Shown: positions 9,306 to 18,882, counted from the first letter of the stretch. The stretch: 64,000 nucleotides of DNA from an uncultured Chloroflexia bacterium (GCA_963835845.1 CAWIGT010000009.1:65808-129807), one strand, 5' to 3'. The notes: generated from the letters alone by a model not told the origin. Made by a program: numbers and translations.

Positions 9306-11171
9306 CTAGCAGCTCAGGCCGCCGCCGCCGCTGCCCGACCCGGAGCTTGGTTTGGGCGCGGGCGCCTTGTCCAGCCCGTGCGCGACCACGCTCTGTATCT
9401 GGGTGACTTCGGCAGGCGTCACGTATTCCGCGAAACCGTTCTGCGGAATGAAGGAGTAACTCTGGACGTTGTTGCCGCTGACGCCCTGAGCGAGAGCCGC
9501 CAGCCTGGGGGCATCGTCGCGTGGCAGGTCCGTCCACAGCATGCCGCCCAGGTCGCTGAGCAGCGACGGAACTCGCGGCAGCAACAGGCACGGGTTGAAG
9601 TCGGCCCGCAGGGCCTTGATCACGCTCTGCTGGCGTGCCATGCGTTGCGTGTCGTCGGCCTGGTGGCGGCTCCGCGCGTAGGCGAGTGCTGTCAGCCCGT
9701 CCATGTGCTGCTGGCCCGGTTCTATGTCGAGAACGTAGGTGCCTTCCTTGTCCGCGAACGGCATCGTCGCGTCGTAGACCTTGTACGGCACGTACATGTC
9801 CAGGCCTCCAAGATCGTCGATGATCTTCACGAAGCCAAGCAGGTTGATGTAGACGACGCCGTCGACGTGGACGCCCGTAAGCTGCCCAACCGTCGCTTCG
9901 AGGACCTTGAAGCCGCGCTCGAAGTCCGTGGTCGCCCCGGTGCCGGGGAACTTTTCCGGAGCCCGCCAGGCGCCCCATTGCCAGAGGGCGTTGAGCATGT
10001 AGTTGCCGCCGCTGGCGGCGGCACCGGAGTAGCCGTAGAAGCAGTGGCACGCCCACGCGTCCTGCCACTGCGGCGGAAGCGGCACATTGAACAGGTTCCG
10101 CGGAATCCCATAGAGGGCGGCCTGGCCGGTCGAGATCTTGACCTGCATGAGCATCATCGTGTCCGTCCGCATGTCGGCTCTACCGCCGCCGGCGTCGGCG
10201 CCGACGAGCAGGACGTTGAGATAGCCGTCGGCATCCCAGTTGGTGGCCACGCCGGTCGCCGGCGGCAGCGTCGAGGTTGGAAAGACGATCGGGCTCATGC
10301 TGGTAGTCGGACCGGCCGTTGCCGCCTGGATCGTCGTCGCGTCGAAGTACGCCCTGGCGACGAAGCCGCCGGCGAGTGGCTGGCCGTCGTCGATCTTGAT
10401 CCAATCCGTGCTCGTCCCGGCGGCGGTCGTGTAGGAACTGCCGGCCACGACCTGACCCGTTACGGTCGTCCCCAGAGCGATGGTCGCCGTCGATCCGTAC
10501 GAAGTCCCGGGTCCGGAGCGCACGTGGACGCCGTCGGTGTTGGCGACCCAGCCGGGGATCGGCGAAGCGGCAGGCCCGCCGGCTGCCGGAGTGGCGAAGT
10601 CAGCGGGGTCGAGCGACACGTCGGCGACGCTGGTGCCCGGACCGTAGTTGCCGCCGTCCGACGCGCCGCACAGGCCCCCGGGATTGAAGACGCAAGAGAG
10701 CGCATTCTGAGCGGTCACGTCCGTAACGCCGAGCCACATATGACCGCCCAGGATGGCCACGAGAACGACCATCAGGACGGAGACGCCGAGCCGCGGCGAC
10801 GGTCGGGCGCTGTGGCCGGGCACACGCCGGACCGGGAAGCTCCGCGGCGCGACGACATCCGTCGTGCGATAGGCATCGACGACGGCCCAGACGTGGTACA
10901 GGCCGGCGATCACATCGAGGATCAGCAGACTCACCAGCCACGGCGAGGTAACCAGACCCTCGAACAGGGTCTTCCTGGCGAAGACCAGCATGAATGCGAG
11001 GACGATGGCCAGGGTGGCGGCCGGAATCGCGACGATCGCTCCCCTGTGCGGCTTGCCTGCGGCAGCCTGCCCGAGACCCGGAAACACGGCCGAAAGAAGC
11101 GCAGCCATGGCCGGGTGTCTGAGAATCGACCTCAAATGCTTCCTCCACGAGGCCAGCCGGCGTGAGGGCAA
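9306..11171 (-). CDS. LCP family protein, paralog 3, with an inserted SH3b-like domain
   Basis: FPGLGQ TM region; SH3b-like segment WVANTDGVHVRSGPGTSYGSTATIALGTTVTGQVV...DWIKIDDG; LCP core LNVLLVGAD..RTDTMMLMQV..GIPRN, HMDGLTALAYARSRHQADDTQRMARQQ; C-terminus ..GSGGGGLSC followed by TAG. Confidence 0.85.
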   Translation of the reverse strand: MPSRRLASWRKHLRSILRHPAMAALLSAVFPGLGQAAAGKPHRGAIVAIPAATLAIVLAFMLVFARKTLFEGLVTSPWLVSLLILDVIAGLYHVWAVVDAYRTTDVVAPRSFPVRRVPGHSARPSPRLGVSVLMVVLVAILGGHMWLGVTDVTAQNALSCVFNPGGLCGASDGGNYGPGTSVADVSLDPADFATPAAGGPAASPIPGWVANTDGVHVRSGPGTSYGSTATIALGTTVTGQVVAGSSYTTAAGTSTDWIKIDDGQPLAGGFVARAYFDATTIQAATAGPTTSMSPIVFPTSTLPPATGVATNWDADGYLNVLLVGADAGGGRADMRTDTMMLMQVKISTGQAALYGIPRNLFNVPLPPQWQDAWACHCFYGYSGAAASGGNYMLNALWQWGAWRAPEKFPGTGATTDFERGFKVLEATVGQLTGVHVDGVVYINLLGFVKIIDDLGGLDMYVPYKVYDATMPFADKEGTYVLDIEPGQQHMDGLTALAYARSRHQADDTQRMARQQSVIKALRADFNPCLLLPRVPSLLSDLGGMLWTDLPRDDAPRLAALAQGVSGNNVQSYSFIPQNGFAEYVTPAEVTQIQSVVAHGLDKAPAPKPSSGSGSGGGGLSC

Positions 11172-11389
11172 ATGCGCGGAAACCCTCGGTCGGGACCGGC
11201 GTCCGGCGGCCGGACGCTCTATCTACTATGGCACGATTCGAGCGGCCGCCGCACTCGCGACTCTGACGCGCCGGCGGCGAGCGCTGTTCCGGCGGGGGCG
11301 ATATTGGAACCCGGCGGCCCACCTCGCGCCGCTTTTGAGCCCGGCCGGCGGGCTGCGCCGCTTCCCTCGGCCGCCCGTTGCCCGCGCCG

Positions 11390-11866
11390 CTAGAGCCAGA
11401 AGGCGCCGCCCGACGCCGCCATTCCGACGACGATCCCGACCAGGATCCACGCGCCGAACAGCAAGCTGAGGATGGCGAAGCGAAGTCGGACCGTCCACAC
11501 GCTCAATGCCCGGCTCCCTCTGAGCGGGCCGAACGCGAAACGTACCGCGGACAGTTCTGGGAGACTCGAATCGCCGTGGCTCGCGGCCCCAACGGCGGCG
11601 TGGCGGGCGAGCGCCGTAGCTGCGAGCACGGCGGGCGTTGGCACGAGAACGAGGATGGCCGTGAGCCCGAAGCTGGCGGAGTACCAACCCACCAGGGCGC
11701 CGGCCAGCGGACCAACCACGGCAATCGCGGTGCCGATCGACTGTGAACGCCGGTCATGGCCGAGGGCTCGGAACGCGGGTCCGTCGCCGGCTCCGGAGAG
11801 CCTCGATCGGGACCGTGCCCCGGCCTCAGGATTCGCGGCCTCAGGACGCGGAGCCGGAGCGGTCAA
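11390..11866 (-). CDS. Hypothetical membrane protein (non-ATG start; 4-nt overlap with the dnaE stop)
   Basis: Hydrophobic stretches IAVVGPLAGALVGWYSASFGLTAILVLV and FAILSLLFGAWILVGIVVGMAA. No homology recognised. Coding status is uncertain in GC-rich DNA. Confidence 0.35.
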   Translation of the reverse strand: MTAPAPRPEAANPEAGARSRSRLSGAGDGPAFRALGHDRRSQSIGTAIAVVGPLAGALVGWYSASFGLTAILVLVPTPAVLAATALARHAAVGAASHGDSSLPELSAVRFAFGPLRGSRALSVWTVRLRFAILSLLFGAWILVGIVVGMAASGGAFWL

Positions 11867-14800
11867 CGGGTTCTCACTTCCAGTTCGAGTTTCACCAGGC
11901 CTTCACCCAACCGGCGGTTCACTTCGGCCAGCAACTCGGCGTCGTAGGCCACGCCGCTCCGCACCTCGAGAGGCAGCGTGCCCTTGCCGTCGGGGATGTG
12001 GAAGACGACGCGCGTGTCGCCTGGCCTTTCCTTGAGCACCGATCGCAACTCCTCCATCGCCAGCACGATGCGGGCCGTGTCGGCACCGCGCGTAAAGCGG
12101 ACGTTGAGGATGACGGCATCGGTTGCCTGCAGCGGCGCCGTGGGTGCGGCAGAGGCGCGGGCCGCAACGGCTCGCGCCTCGTCGGGTAGCGGCGGCTCCT
12201 CGCGTTCCGGGGCTAGCACGGCCAGATCATCCGGGGCGGGCGCAGATGAGAGCGGCTCGAACGGTGGCGGGGGTGCCGGCGGCGCGGCCGCCACGCCTGC
12301 GGAGCCCGTCACGACCGTCACTCCACCGCCACGCAGCGGTGACACCCGCACGACGGTCGCCGGTCGAGCAGAGGGTGCCGCTGCCGAAGCCGCCGGCGAA
12401 GCCGTGGAGGTGGCACCGCTCGGCACCCCGGTCGTCGTCACGGGCGCAGCGAGCGGAGCCGGTCGGGCGTGCCCATTGCCGTTGCCATTGCCACTGCCAT
12501 TGCCACTGCCGTTGCCCCAGCGTCGCCCGCCGCCCCTTGCCCGCTCCCCCGCCGCCACCTCCTGGGCGATAGCCGTCGGACCCCGGAGCACGGCGTCTTC
12601 CCAGACCCAGACCGCGTCCGCGAGCAACGAGGCCTCCTCGCCTCGATGGTCCACCCGCCCGGCCACGAGGAGGATGGCCGCTTCGGAGAAGGTCCCGGAA
12701 CTCGTCGCGTACATCCGCGGGAACACAACCACTTCCAGCGTCCCCTGAAGATCCTCCAGAGTCGCGACGGCCATCGTCTCTTTGTTTCGCGTGACGACGG
12801 TCCGAATGCCGGTCACGATTCCGCCGATCACGACCCGCTGCCCGTCGAGGGACTCGTCCTTCAGGTCGCTCGAGTAGGCCGTCACGAACTGCGCTATCTG
12901 TTCGGACAGCGCCCCAAGTGGGTGCTCGGACAGGTAGAGCCCCAGCAACTCCTTCTCCCAGCGCAGCCTCTCCCGCGAGAGCGCCTCGGGAACCTGCGGC
13001 AGCGGTTTCTCGAGACTACCCTCGTCCGCGCCGATCTCGAAGAGCGAGGTCTGGCCAGTGGTCCGGTCACGTTGAGCGGCCTGGCCGCCCGCCATGGCAT
13101 CGTCCAGGGCCTCGAGCAGCTGGGCTGCGTGCCCGAAGCGGCTCATCGCCCCGACTTTGACGAGGCACTCCATCACCCGCTTGTTCACGAGGCGCAGGTC
13201 GACGCGCGCGCAGAAATCCGCCAGCGACTTGAAGTCACCGCCCTCCTGCCGTGCCGCGATGATCGACTCGATAGCGCCCTCGCCGACGTTCTTGACCGCG
13301 AGGAGCCCGAAGCGAATTGCGTCGTCCTCAACGGTGAATTCCACGAACGAGCGGTGGACGTCGGGCGACCGAACTTCGATGCCCAGCCGCCGGCATTCGG
13401 CCACGGCGGCGGCGACCTTTTCTTCGTTGTCGCGGAACGCGGTCAGCACGGATGTCATGTAGTCGACGGTGTAGTTCGCCTTCAGATACGCGGTCTGGTA
13501 GGCGATCAATCCGTAGCAGGTGGCGTGGGCTTTGTTGAAGCCGTAGCGCTCGAACGGCTGGAAGGCGGCGAAGACGGCGTCGATGACCTGCGGCTTGACG
13601 CCCCGATCGGCCGCCTGGCGCACGAATTTCTCGCGCATGTCGCGCATGAGCGCGGCCTTCTTCTTGCGGATGGCGTAGCCGAGCATGTCGGCCTCGGGTC
13701 CGGTGAAGCCGGCCAGCGCCGTCGACGCCGACATGATGTCTTCCTGGTACACGAAGACGCCGTAGGTTCGATTGAGATACGGCTCGAGGAGCGGGTGGAG
13801 GTAGGTGACCTTCTCCTCGCCGTGCTTGCGCTTGATGTAGGACGGGATGTTGTCCATCGGTCCCGGCCGGTAGAGCGCGACCATGGCCGCCAGGTCGAAG
13901 ACGGTGCTCGGACGAAGCTCGCGGATGTAGCGCCGCATACCCGCGGACTCGAGCTGGAAGACGCCCGTCGTCTCGCCGGACGCCAGCAATTCGAACGTTT
14001 TGGTGTCGTCGAGCGGTATCTTCTCGAGGTCGATCTCCTCACCGCGATGGGCTCGGATCAGGTCCACGGCGACGCGCAGGATCGTCAGGTTCGAAAGCCC
14101 CAGGAAGTCGAACTTGAGCAGTCCGAGCGCATCGACCGCGTGCATCTCGTACTGGGTCATGACCGCGTCCGAGTTGGTGGCGCGCTGAAGTGGCATGAGT
14201 TCCGTGAGCGGCTCGCGGCTGATGACCACGCCCGCCGCGTGAGTGGACGCGTTCCTGGCCACGCCCTCCAGGTGCTTCGCGAAGTCGATGACGCGTCTTA
14301 CCGCCGGCTCGTTGGCGTACATGTCCTTCAGGGCCGGGCTGGTCTCGATCGCCTCATCGAGCTTGATGCCGAGCTGGTTCGGGATCGCCTTGGCGATTCG
14401 ATCGCCTTCGCCGTATGTCATGCCGACGACGCGGGCCACGTCGCGGACCGCCGCTTTGGCCAGCATCGTGCCGAAGGTGATGATCTGGGCAACGTGGTCG
14501 GCGCCGTACTTGCGGCTGACGTAGTTGATGACTTCTTCCCGCCGGCCGTCCTCGAAGTCGACGTCGATATCGGGCATCGTGACACGGTCCGGGTTGAGGA
14601 ACCGCTCGAAGGGCAGCTGGTAGTGGATCGGATCCACGGGCGTGATGCCGAGGGTGTAGGTCACGATGCTGCCCGGCGCGGAGCCACGGACTGTGATCGC
14701 GATCCGCTGCTGGCGGGCAAACGCCGTGAAGTCCGCCACGATCAGGAAGTAGCCCGCGTAGCCCATGCGGCAGATGACGTCGAGTTCGTAGTCGAGGCGG

Positions 14801-15888
14801 GCCTGGAGCTCCGGGGTGACCGTTCCGTATCGGCGCGCCAGTCCGGCGTTGCATTCCTTTCGGAGCCAGGTCTCGATCGTCTCGCCTTCCGGCACCGGGA
14901 AGCTCGGGATTCGAAGCTGCCCGAATGGGAGCTTCATATCCACCATCTCGGCGATGGTTCGGGTGCGCCGGATGGCGTCCAGGTTGTCCGGGAACAGGGC
15001 CGCCATCTCCGCCGCCGACTTCAGGTAGAACTCGGAGCTGTCGAACCGGAAGCGGTCGGGGGTGTCCAGGTTGGAGCCGGTGCCGACGCATAGCAGGACG
15101 TCGTGGGCCTCGTGCTGGTCGCGCCGGACGTAGTGCAGGTCGTTGGTCACGATGACGTCGAGCCCAACCTCCTTACCCAGCTTGATCAGCTTGGGGTTGA
15201 GAGCCAGCTGCTCGGGCATGTGATGGTCCATCATCTCGAGGAAGAAACGCTCCCGGCCGAAGAGGTCGCGGTAGAAGCCGGCCGTCTTGCGAGCCAGCTC
15301 CCAGTCGTCAACCTCGAGCGCCTTGGCGATTTCGCCGCCGAGACAGGCCGACCCTCCGATCAGGCCCTTCGAATATCGCGCCAGGATGTCGTTGTCGATG
15401 CGTGGCCTGTAGTAATAGCCCTCCAGGTGAGCGTCCGTGACCAGACGGCAGAGGTTCTGATAACCCTCCCAGTTCTCGGCCAGGAGCAGCAGGTGAAAGG
15501 GCTGGCTGTCGGCCTTGCCCTCCTTGTCGTGCATGCTCCGCCGAGCGACGTACGTCTCGACGCCGACGATAGGCTTCATGCCCTTCGCGGCGACGGCCTG
15601 CGTGAACGCAACCGCCCCGTACAGCGCCCCGTGGTCCGTGATGGCCATCGCGTCGAAACCGAGCTCGGACCCCTGTTCGGCGAGCTCGTTTATCCGCCCG
15701 AGTCCGTCCAGCAGGCTGAACTCGGAGTGGAGATGCAGGTGGACGAAATCGTTGGGGGCGACGGTCACGGGGGGTAAGGGTACCGCGTCGGAGGCAAGCG
15801 ACGGATGGCTGTTCGGCCTGACGTCAGGCTTCCAGGTCGACGATGAGTTCTTCAGGTGTGGCGCTCGATCCGTCGCGCCTCGCGACAA
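11863..15888 (-). CDS. dnaE: DNA polymerase III alpha subunit with a long low-complexity C-terminal extension
   Basis: A 1341-aa intact ORF. PHP domain (FVHLHLHSEFSLLDG), palm/fingers (MPDIDVDF, FNKAHATCYGLIAYQTAYLK), OB region, then a Gly/Asn/Ser repeat and an Ala/Pro-rich tail. Confidence 0.95.
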   Translation of the reverse strand: MSRGATDRAPHLKNSSSTWKPDVRPNSHPSLASDAVPLPPVTVAPNDFVHLHLHSEFSLLDGLGRINELAEQGSELGFDAMAITDHGALYGAVAFTQAVAAKGMKPIVGVETYVARRSMHDKEGKADSQPFHLLLLAENWEGYQNLCRLVTDAHLEGYYYRPRIDNDILARYSKGLIGGSACLGGEIAKALEVDDWELARKTAGFYRDLFGRERFFLEMMDHHMPEQLALNPKLIKLGKEVGLDVIVTNDLHYVRRDQHEAHDVLLCVGTGSNLDTPDRFRFDSSEFYLKSAAEMAALFPDNLDAIRRTRTIAEMVDMKLPFGQLRIPSFPVPEGETIETWLRKECNAGLARRYGTVTPELQARLDYELDVICRMGYAGYFLIVADFTAFARQQRIAITVRGSAPGSIVTYTLGITPVDPIHYQLPFERFLNPDRVTMPDIDVDFEDGRREEVINYVSRKYGADHVAQIITFGTMLAKAAVRDVARVVGMTYGEGDRIAKAIPNQLGIKLDEAIETSPALKDMYANEPAVRRVIDFAKHLEGVARNASTHAAGVVISREPLTELMPLQRATNSDAVMTQYEMHAVDALGLLKFDFLGLSNLTILRVAVDLIRAHRGEEIDLEKIPLDDTKTFELLASGETTGVFQLESAGMRRYIRELRPSTVFDLAAMVALYRPGPMDNIPSYIKRKHGEEKVTYLHPLLEPYLNRTYGVFVYQEDIMSASTALAGFTGPEADMLGYAIRKKKAALMRDMREKFVRQAADRGVKPQVIDAVFAAFQPFERYGFNKAHATCYGLIAYQTAYLKANYTVDYMTSVLTAFRDNEEKVAAAVAECRRLGIEVRSPDVHRSFVEFTVEDDAIRFGLLAVKNVGEGAIESIIAARQEGGDFKSLADFCARVDLRLVNKRVMECLVKVGAMSRFGHAAQLLEALDDAMAGGQAAQRDRTTGQTSLFEIGADEGSLEKPLPQVPEALSRERLRWEKELLGLYLSEHPLGALSEQIAQFVTAYSSDLKDESLDGQRVVIGGIVTGIRTVVTRNKETMAVATLEDLQGTLEVVVFPRMYATSSGTFSEAAILLVAGRVDHRGEEASLLADAVWVWEDAVLRGPTAIAQEVAAGERARGGGRRWGNGSGNGSGNGNGNGHARPAPLAAPVTTTGVPSGATSTASPAASAAAPSARPATVVRVSPLRGGGVTVVTGSAGVAAAPPAPPPPFEPLSSAPAPDDLAVLAPEREEPPLPDEARAVAARASAAPTAPLQATDAVILNVRFTRGADTARIVLAMEELRSVLKERPGDTRVVFHIPDGKGTLPLEVRSGVAYDAELLAEVNRRLGEGLVKLELEVRTR
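12473..12517. repeat. Hexanucleotide tandem repeat (CCRYTG)n inside dnaE, encoding GNGSGNGSGNGNGNG
   Basis: Read directly: ccattgccgttgccattgccactgccattgccactgccgttgcc. Confidence 0.8.
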
Positions 15889-15933
15889 GCTCGACGACCG
15901 CCGGGAGGCGACTCCCTCAGAGCGGCAGCCGCG

Positions 15934-16302
15934 TCAGCATAGTGGCGATAGCGCGGGCGGACGCCGTCGAGATCGGCGATCGACGACGTCGACTTCCACT
16001 CGAAGCCTCATTGCGTCGGCGATGCGAATGTAGGTCCCCAGCGTCGCCGGGCTGCCGCTCTCGACGCCCTGGATCGTGGAGCGCCCCAGACCGGCTCTGT
16101 CGCCGAGCTGACGAATGGTCAGAAGACGTCCACGCCGCTCGTCTTTGAGTTGCCGGCCCATCCCGAAGGCGAGCCGGGCTACTTCACGCTCGATCCGCTG
16201 CGCCGACGGCTCGCCCGGGGCGGCAGCCTGCATTTGTCCGGCTGGAACGGACTGCTTTCGATCGTCTTGCACGTTCTGCGCTTCTACGCCTCCCGAAACC
16301 AC
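15934..16302 (-). CDS. XRE-family helix-turn-helix transcriptional regulator
   Basis: LLTIRQLGDRAGLGRSTIQGVESGSPATLGTYIRIADAM is a typical HTH_3/XRE motif. The gene lies immediately upstream of dnaE. Confidence 0.7.
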   Translation of the reverse strand: MVSGGVEAQNVQDDRKQSVPAGQMQAAAPGEPSAQRIEREVARLAFGMGRQLKDERRGRLLTIRQLGDRAGLGRSTIQGVESGSPATLGTYIRIADAMRLRVEVDVVDRRSRRRPPALSPLC

Positions 16303-16565
16303 CTGCTGAAGGCCGGAGATTGACTCGCGGCGCTTGTCTGTCCCTTATTCATAGCGATGGCTGGGCTCGGAACCCGAAGGTGGCGCCCGAGGCGCGCCGA
16401 GAAACGGATCCTGTCCGGCTGAGCCGGACATTCGCGGGATCGCAAGATCCGGCGGCCCTGGCGGCAAGGAGGCGCCGTCCTGCCGGCGTCCTGGTGCGGC
16501 CGGGGTGGCGGGCGCGGCCACGCGGCCGGGGGCGCGGGCGCGGCGAGGGCTGAGGGCCGCGCGGC

Positions 16566-17936
16566 TTAGCCGACCGGCTGTCGCGCGCGCAGCTCCCAGG
16601 TGGTGCCGTCGGGAGTGTCGTGAAGTTCGATGCCGGCGGCCAGGAGTCGGTCCCGGATGGCATCGGCGGCGGCCCACTCGCGGGCGACTCGGGCGCGGAC
16701 CCGCTCCGCCAGCAGGGCGTCGACGAAGGGACGGACCGTTTGCGCCGGGTCTGTCGTACCCTCGGCAGCCATCTCGCCCAGGCAGACGACCGCGGCGCGC
16801 AGGGCGGAGCGCGCATTGGCGAGGGCATCCGACTGGTCCGTGTCGTGCGACCAGGCCTGGATCGTCTCTTCGAGCGCCAGGACCGCGCGGACGGCGGCGG
16901 GCGCATCGCACTCGTCCAACGACGCGTTGAAGACGGCCTCGAGCCGAGCCACTTCCTCGCGGAGTGGAGCCGACGTGGCCACGGCCAGCACCGGCACGCC
17001 CGGCGAGTCTTCGGCCGCGTCGGCGGCGGCCACACCGACCGGCGCAGCACCCCTCGCGGCCGCCACCAGGTCGCCGATCAGGAGTTCGCTGCCCGCCGGG
17101 AAGACCGTGCTCCGGCCATCCTTTCGAACCGTGACCGTGCCCAGCCCGAGAACCGAGGCCGTGCCCGCGTCGAGGTCCAGCACCAGGGCCGTGTGCCCGT
17201 CGACGCCCAGGATGAAGACCTCGTCGGGCAGTTCGGCCTCGAGAGTCCGCAGTCGCCGTTCGCCCAGGTAGCAGAACCGAGTGTCGTGGTTGCCGCCCTC
17301 CGCGTTGTCGTAGTGCGGGACTACCGCGACCGGCAGGCCAAGCGGCGTGAGCAGGTCCAGCCCGTCGAGCCAGCGCGGGGCCTCGCCAACTTTGTAGATC
17401 TCGTAGACCGGGATCGTGTATCGACCCAGCGTGAGGGCGGCCGCACTGGCCATCGTGACGGCGCCGCCACGAGCCAGCTTGTCGGCGAGCAGACGCGGGA
17501 TCTCCGAACCGGCCCATTGCCGCAGAGCGTAGGACGGGCTGCCCGGGCCGGTGAAGACGAGCCGGGCCTCGCGGATCCGGACGAGGGCGGTCTCGCGGAC
17601 GAGCGGGTCGGCGTCGGCGGAACGGAACGACGCCACCGAAAACGGCGCGCCGACGGTCGCGCGGAAATAGTCGACCGCCCGCTCGGTGATGTCCTCGGCG
17701 TTCTCCTGGAATCCGTACGGCGTGTCCAGGACGACCGCCGGCACCGGCCGCCGACCCAGGCGATCGAGCACGGCTCGGTGAACCCGAGCCATGGTCGGGG
17801 TCGTCTCGCCCGAACCCATGATGGTGAGGATGCGGGGCAGCCCGGCCTCCCCCGAGGCGGCTTTGCGGGCAGGGTCCGAAGCGGTCGGTCGAGCCGGCGG
17901 TCGCGCGTTCGTTCGAGCAGCCGTTCCTTCGCTCAC
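16566..17936 (-). CDS. Peptidase S51/cyanophycinase-like (class I amidotransferase-like fold) protein with a CysRS-like C-terminal helical tail
   Basis: ILTIMGSGETTP...VLDTPYGFQENA...RLVFTGPGSPSYAL...VVPHYDNAEGGNHDTRFCYLG resembles the S51 fold. The C-terminus AREWAAADAIRDRLLAAGIELHDTPDGTTWEL resembles the cysteinyl-tRNA synthetase C-terminal segment. The GTG start at 17936 overlaps the upstream stop (GTGA); an alternative ATG lies at 17819. Confidence 0.6.
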   Translation of the reverse strand: MSEGTAARTNARPPARPTASDPARKAASGEAGLPRILTIMGSGETTPTMARVHRAVLDRLGRRPVPAVVLDTPYGFQENAEDITERAVDYFRATVGAPFSVASFRSADADPLVRETALVRIREARLVFTGPGSPSYALRQWAGSEIPRLLADKLARGGAVTMASAAALTLGRYTIPVYEIYKVGEAPRWLDGLDLLTPLGLPVAVVPHYDNAEGGNHDTRFCYLGERRLRTLEAELPDEVFILGVDGHTALVLDLDAGTASVLGLGTVTVRKDGRSTVFPAGSELLIGDLVAAARGAAPVGVAAADAAEDSPGVPVLAVATSAPLREEVARLEAVFNASLDECDAPAAVRAVLALEETIQAWSHDTDQSDALANARSALRAAVVCLGEMAAEGTTDPAQTVRPFVDALLAERVRARVAREWAAADAIRDRLLAAGIELHDTPDGTTWELRARQPVG

Positions 17937-18882
17937 GCCGGCACGGCTCCGGAGAACAGGCCTTCGCGATCGGCGGCGAGGATGGCCTCGGCGAGCTCGG
18001 CCGGATGCTGGGCGTGGATGTCGTGGTCGCCCGTGAACCAGCTCGACTCGAGCCGGGACCCCGCTCGCCGTCCGTTGCCGCGAGCGCGTCGGCGGCGCCG
18101 GCCCGCTTGGCCTTCGTCCAGTCGCTCTCGCCGCCGTCGACCGGGACGATGAGAGCGGGAACACGCAGCGACCGCCAGAGAGTCGGCCGTTCGCTGGCCC
18201 CACATCGCCTCGAGGATGGCCTTGTGGTGATCGCGTGAAAGCCACGGGGCGATGGTCCGATCCGGGCCGGATCTCGAAGTTGCCGAGCGAGCCCTCGAAG
18301 CCCTCCTCGGGCCAGTCGGCATGGGCCGATCGGAAGTAGCTCTCCACCGAAGACAGCGGCAGTGCCGATCAGCGGCGGCGGGGCGAGCCGATCCCAGCAG
18401 ATGTCCCACGTCGGGAAAGCGTCGCGCAGGTCCGTCAACCCGCCGTCGACCAGGACGATGCCGCTCGTCGCTTCCGGGTAGCGGACGCCGAAGTCCAGCA
18501 TCACGTTGGCGCCCCAGGATTGCCCGACCATGATCGGGCGCTCGAAGTCGGGCGCCAGCGCGCCGATCAGGGTATGCAGGTCGCCGGAGATCGTGGCGAA
18601 GTCGTAGCCGCCGTCCGGCTTGTCGGAACGGCCGTGGCCACGCAGGTCGACCGCTACCGAGCGACGACCGGCACCGGCCAGGCGACGCGCCACGCCGTCC
18701 CAGAGCCGCGCGTTCGAAGCCAGGCCATGAACCAGAAGGAACGGCGCGCTTGCGCTGCGCCCAGAGGCGGCGTTTCCGGCGCCGTCGGCCGGGCCCGCCG
18801 GCAGCCAATCGAGGACGCGCAGCACGACGCCGTCCGCGACCTGGACCCGCCTGTCCAGGGCTTCGATCCATGGGATGGTCAC
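17933..18882 (-). pseudogene. Alpha/beta-fold hydrolase, broken by about 4 frameshifts
   Basis: The N-terminus is intact (FLLVHGLASNARLWD..VAVDLRGHGRSD..IMVGQSWGANV; nucleophile elbow GQSWG). The continuation hops frames: MESYFRSAHADWPEEGFEG (frame of 16566..18347), APWLSRDHHKAILEAMWG (frame of 17933..18871), RSLRVPALIVPVDGGESDWTKAKRAG (frame of 16345..18882), then FTGDHDIHAQHPAELAEAI (frame of 17933..18871). Confidence 0.75.

Noticed and set aside
12473-12517. Short tandem repeats (12473-12517, 34021-34087, 61399-61463, 62230-62420) as possible CRISPR or intergenic repeat arrays.
   Set aside because: All lie inside ORFs, are in frame, encode low-complexity linkers, and lack spacer/repeat periodicity or nearby cas genes.
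16345-18882. 845-aa ORF as a single protein, and ORF 16349..17050.
   Set aside because: Only its first ~170 codons (alpha/beta hydrolase N-terminus) and a short internal piece are protein-like. The remainder is an alternative frame over the S51-like gene (16566..17936), which carries the real motifs.
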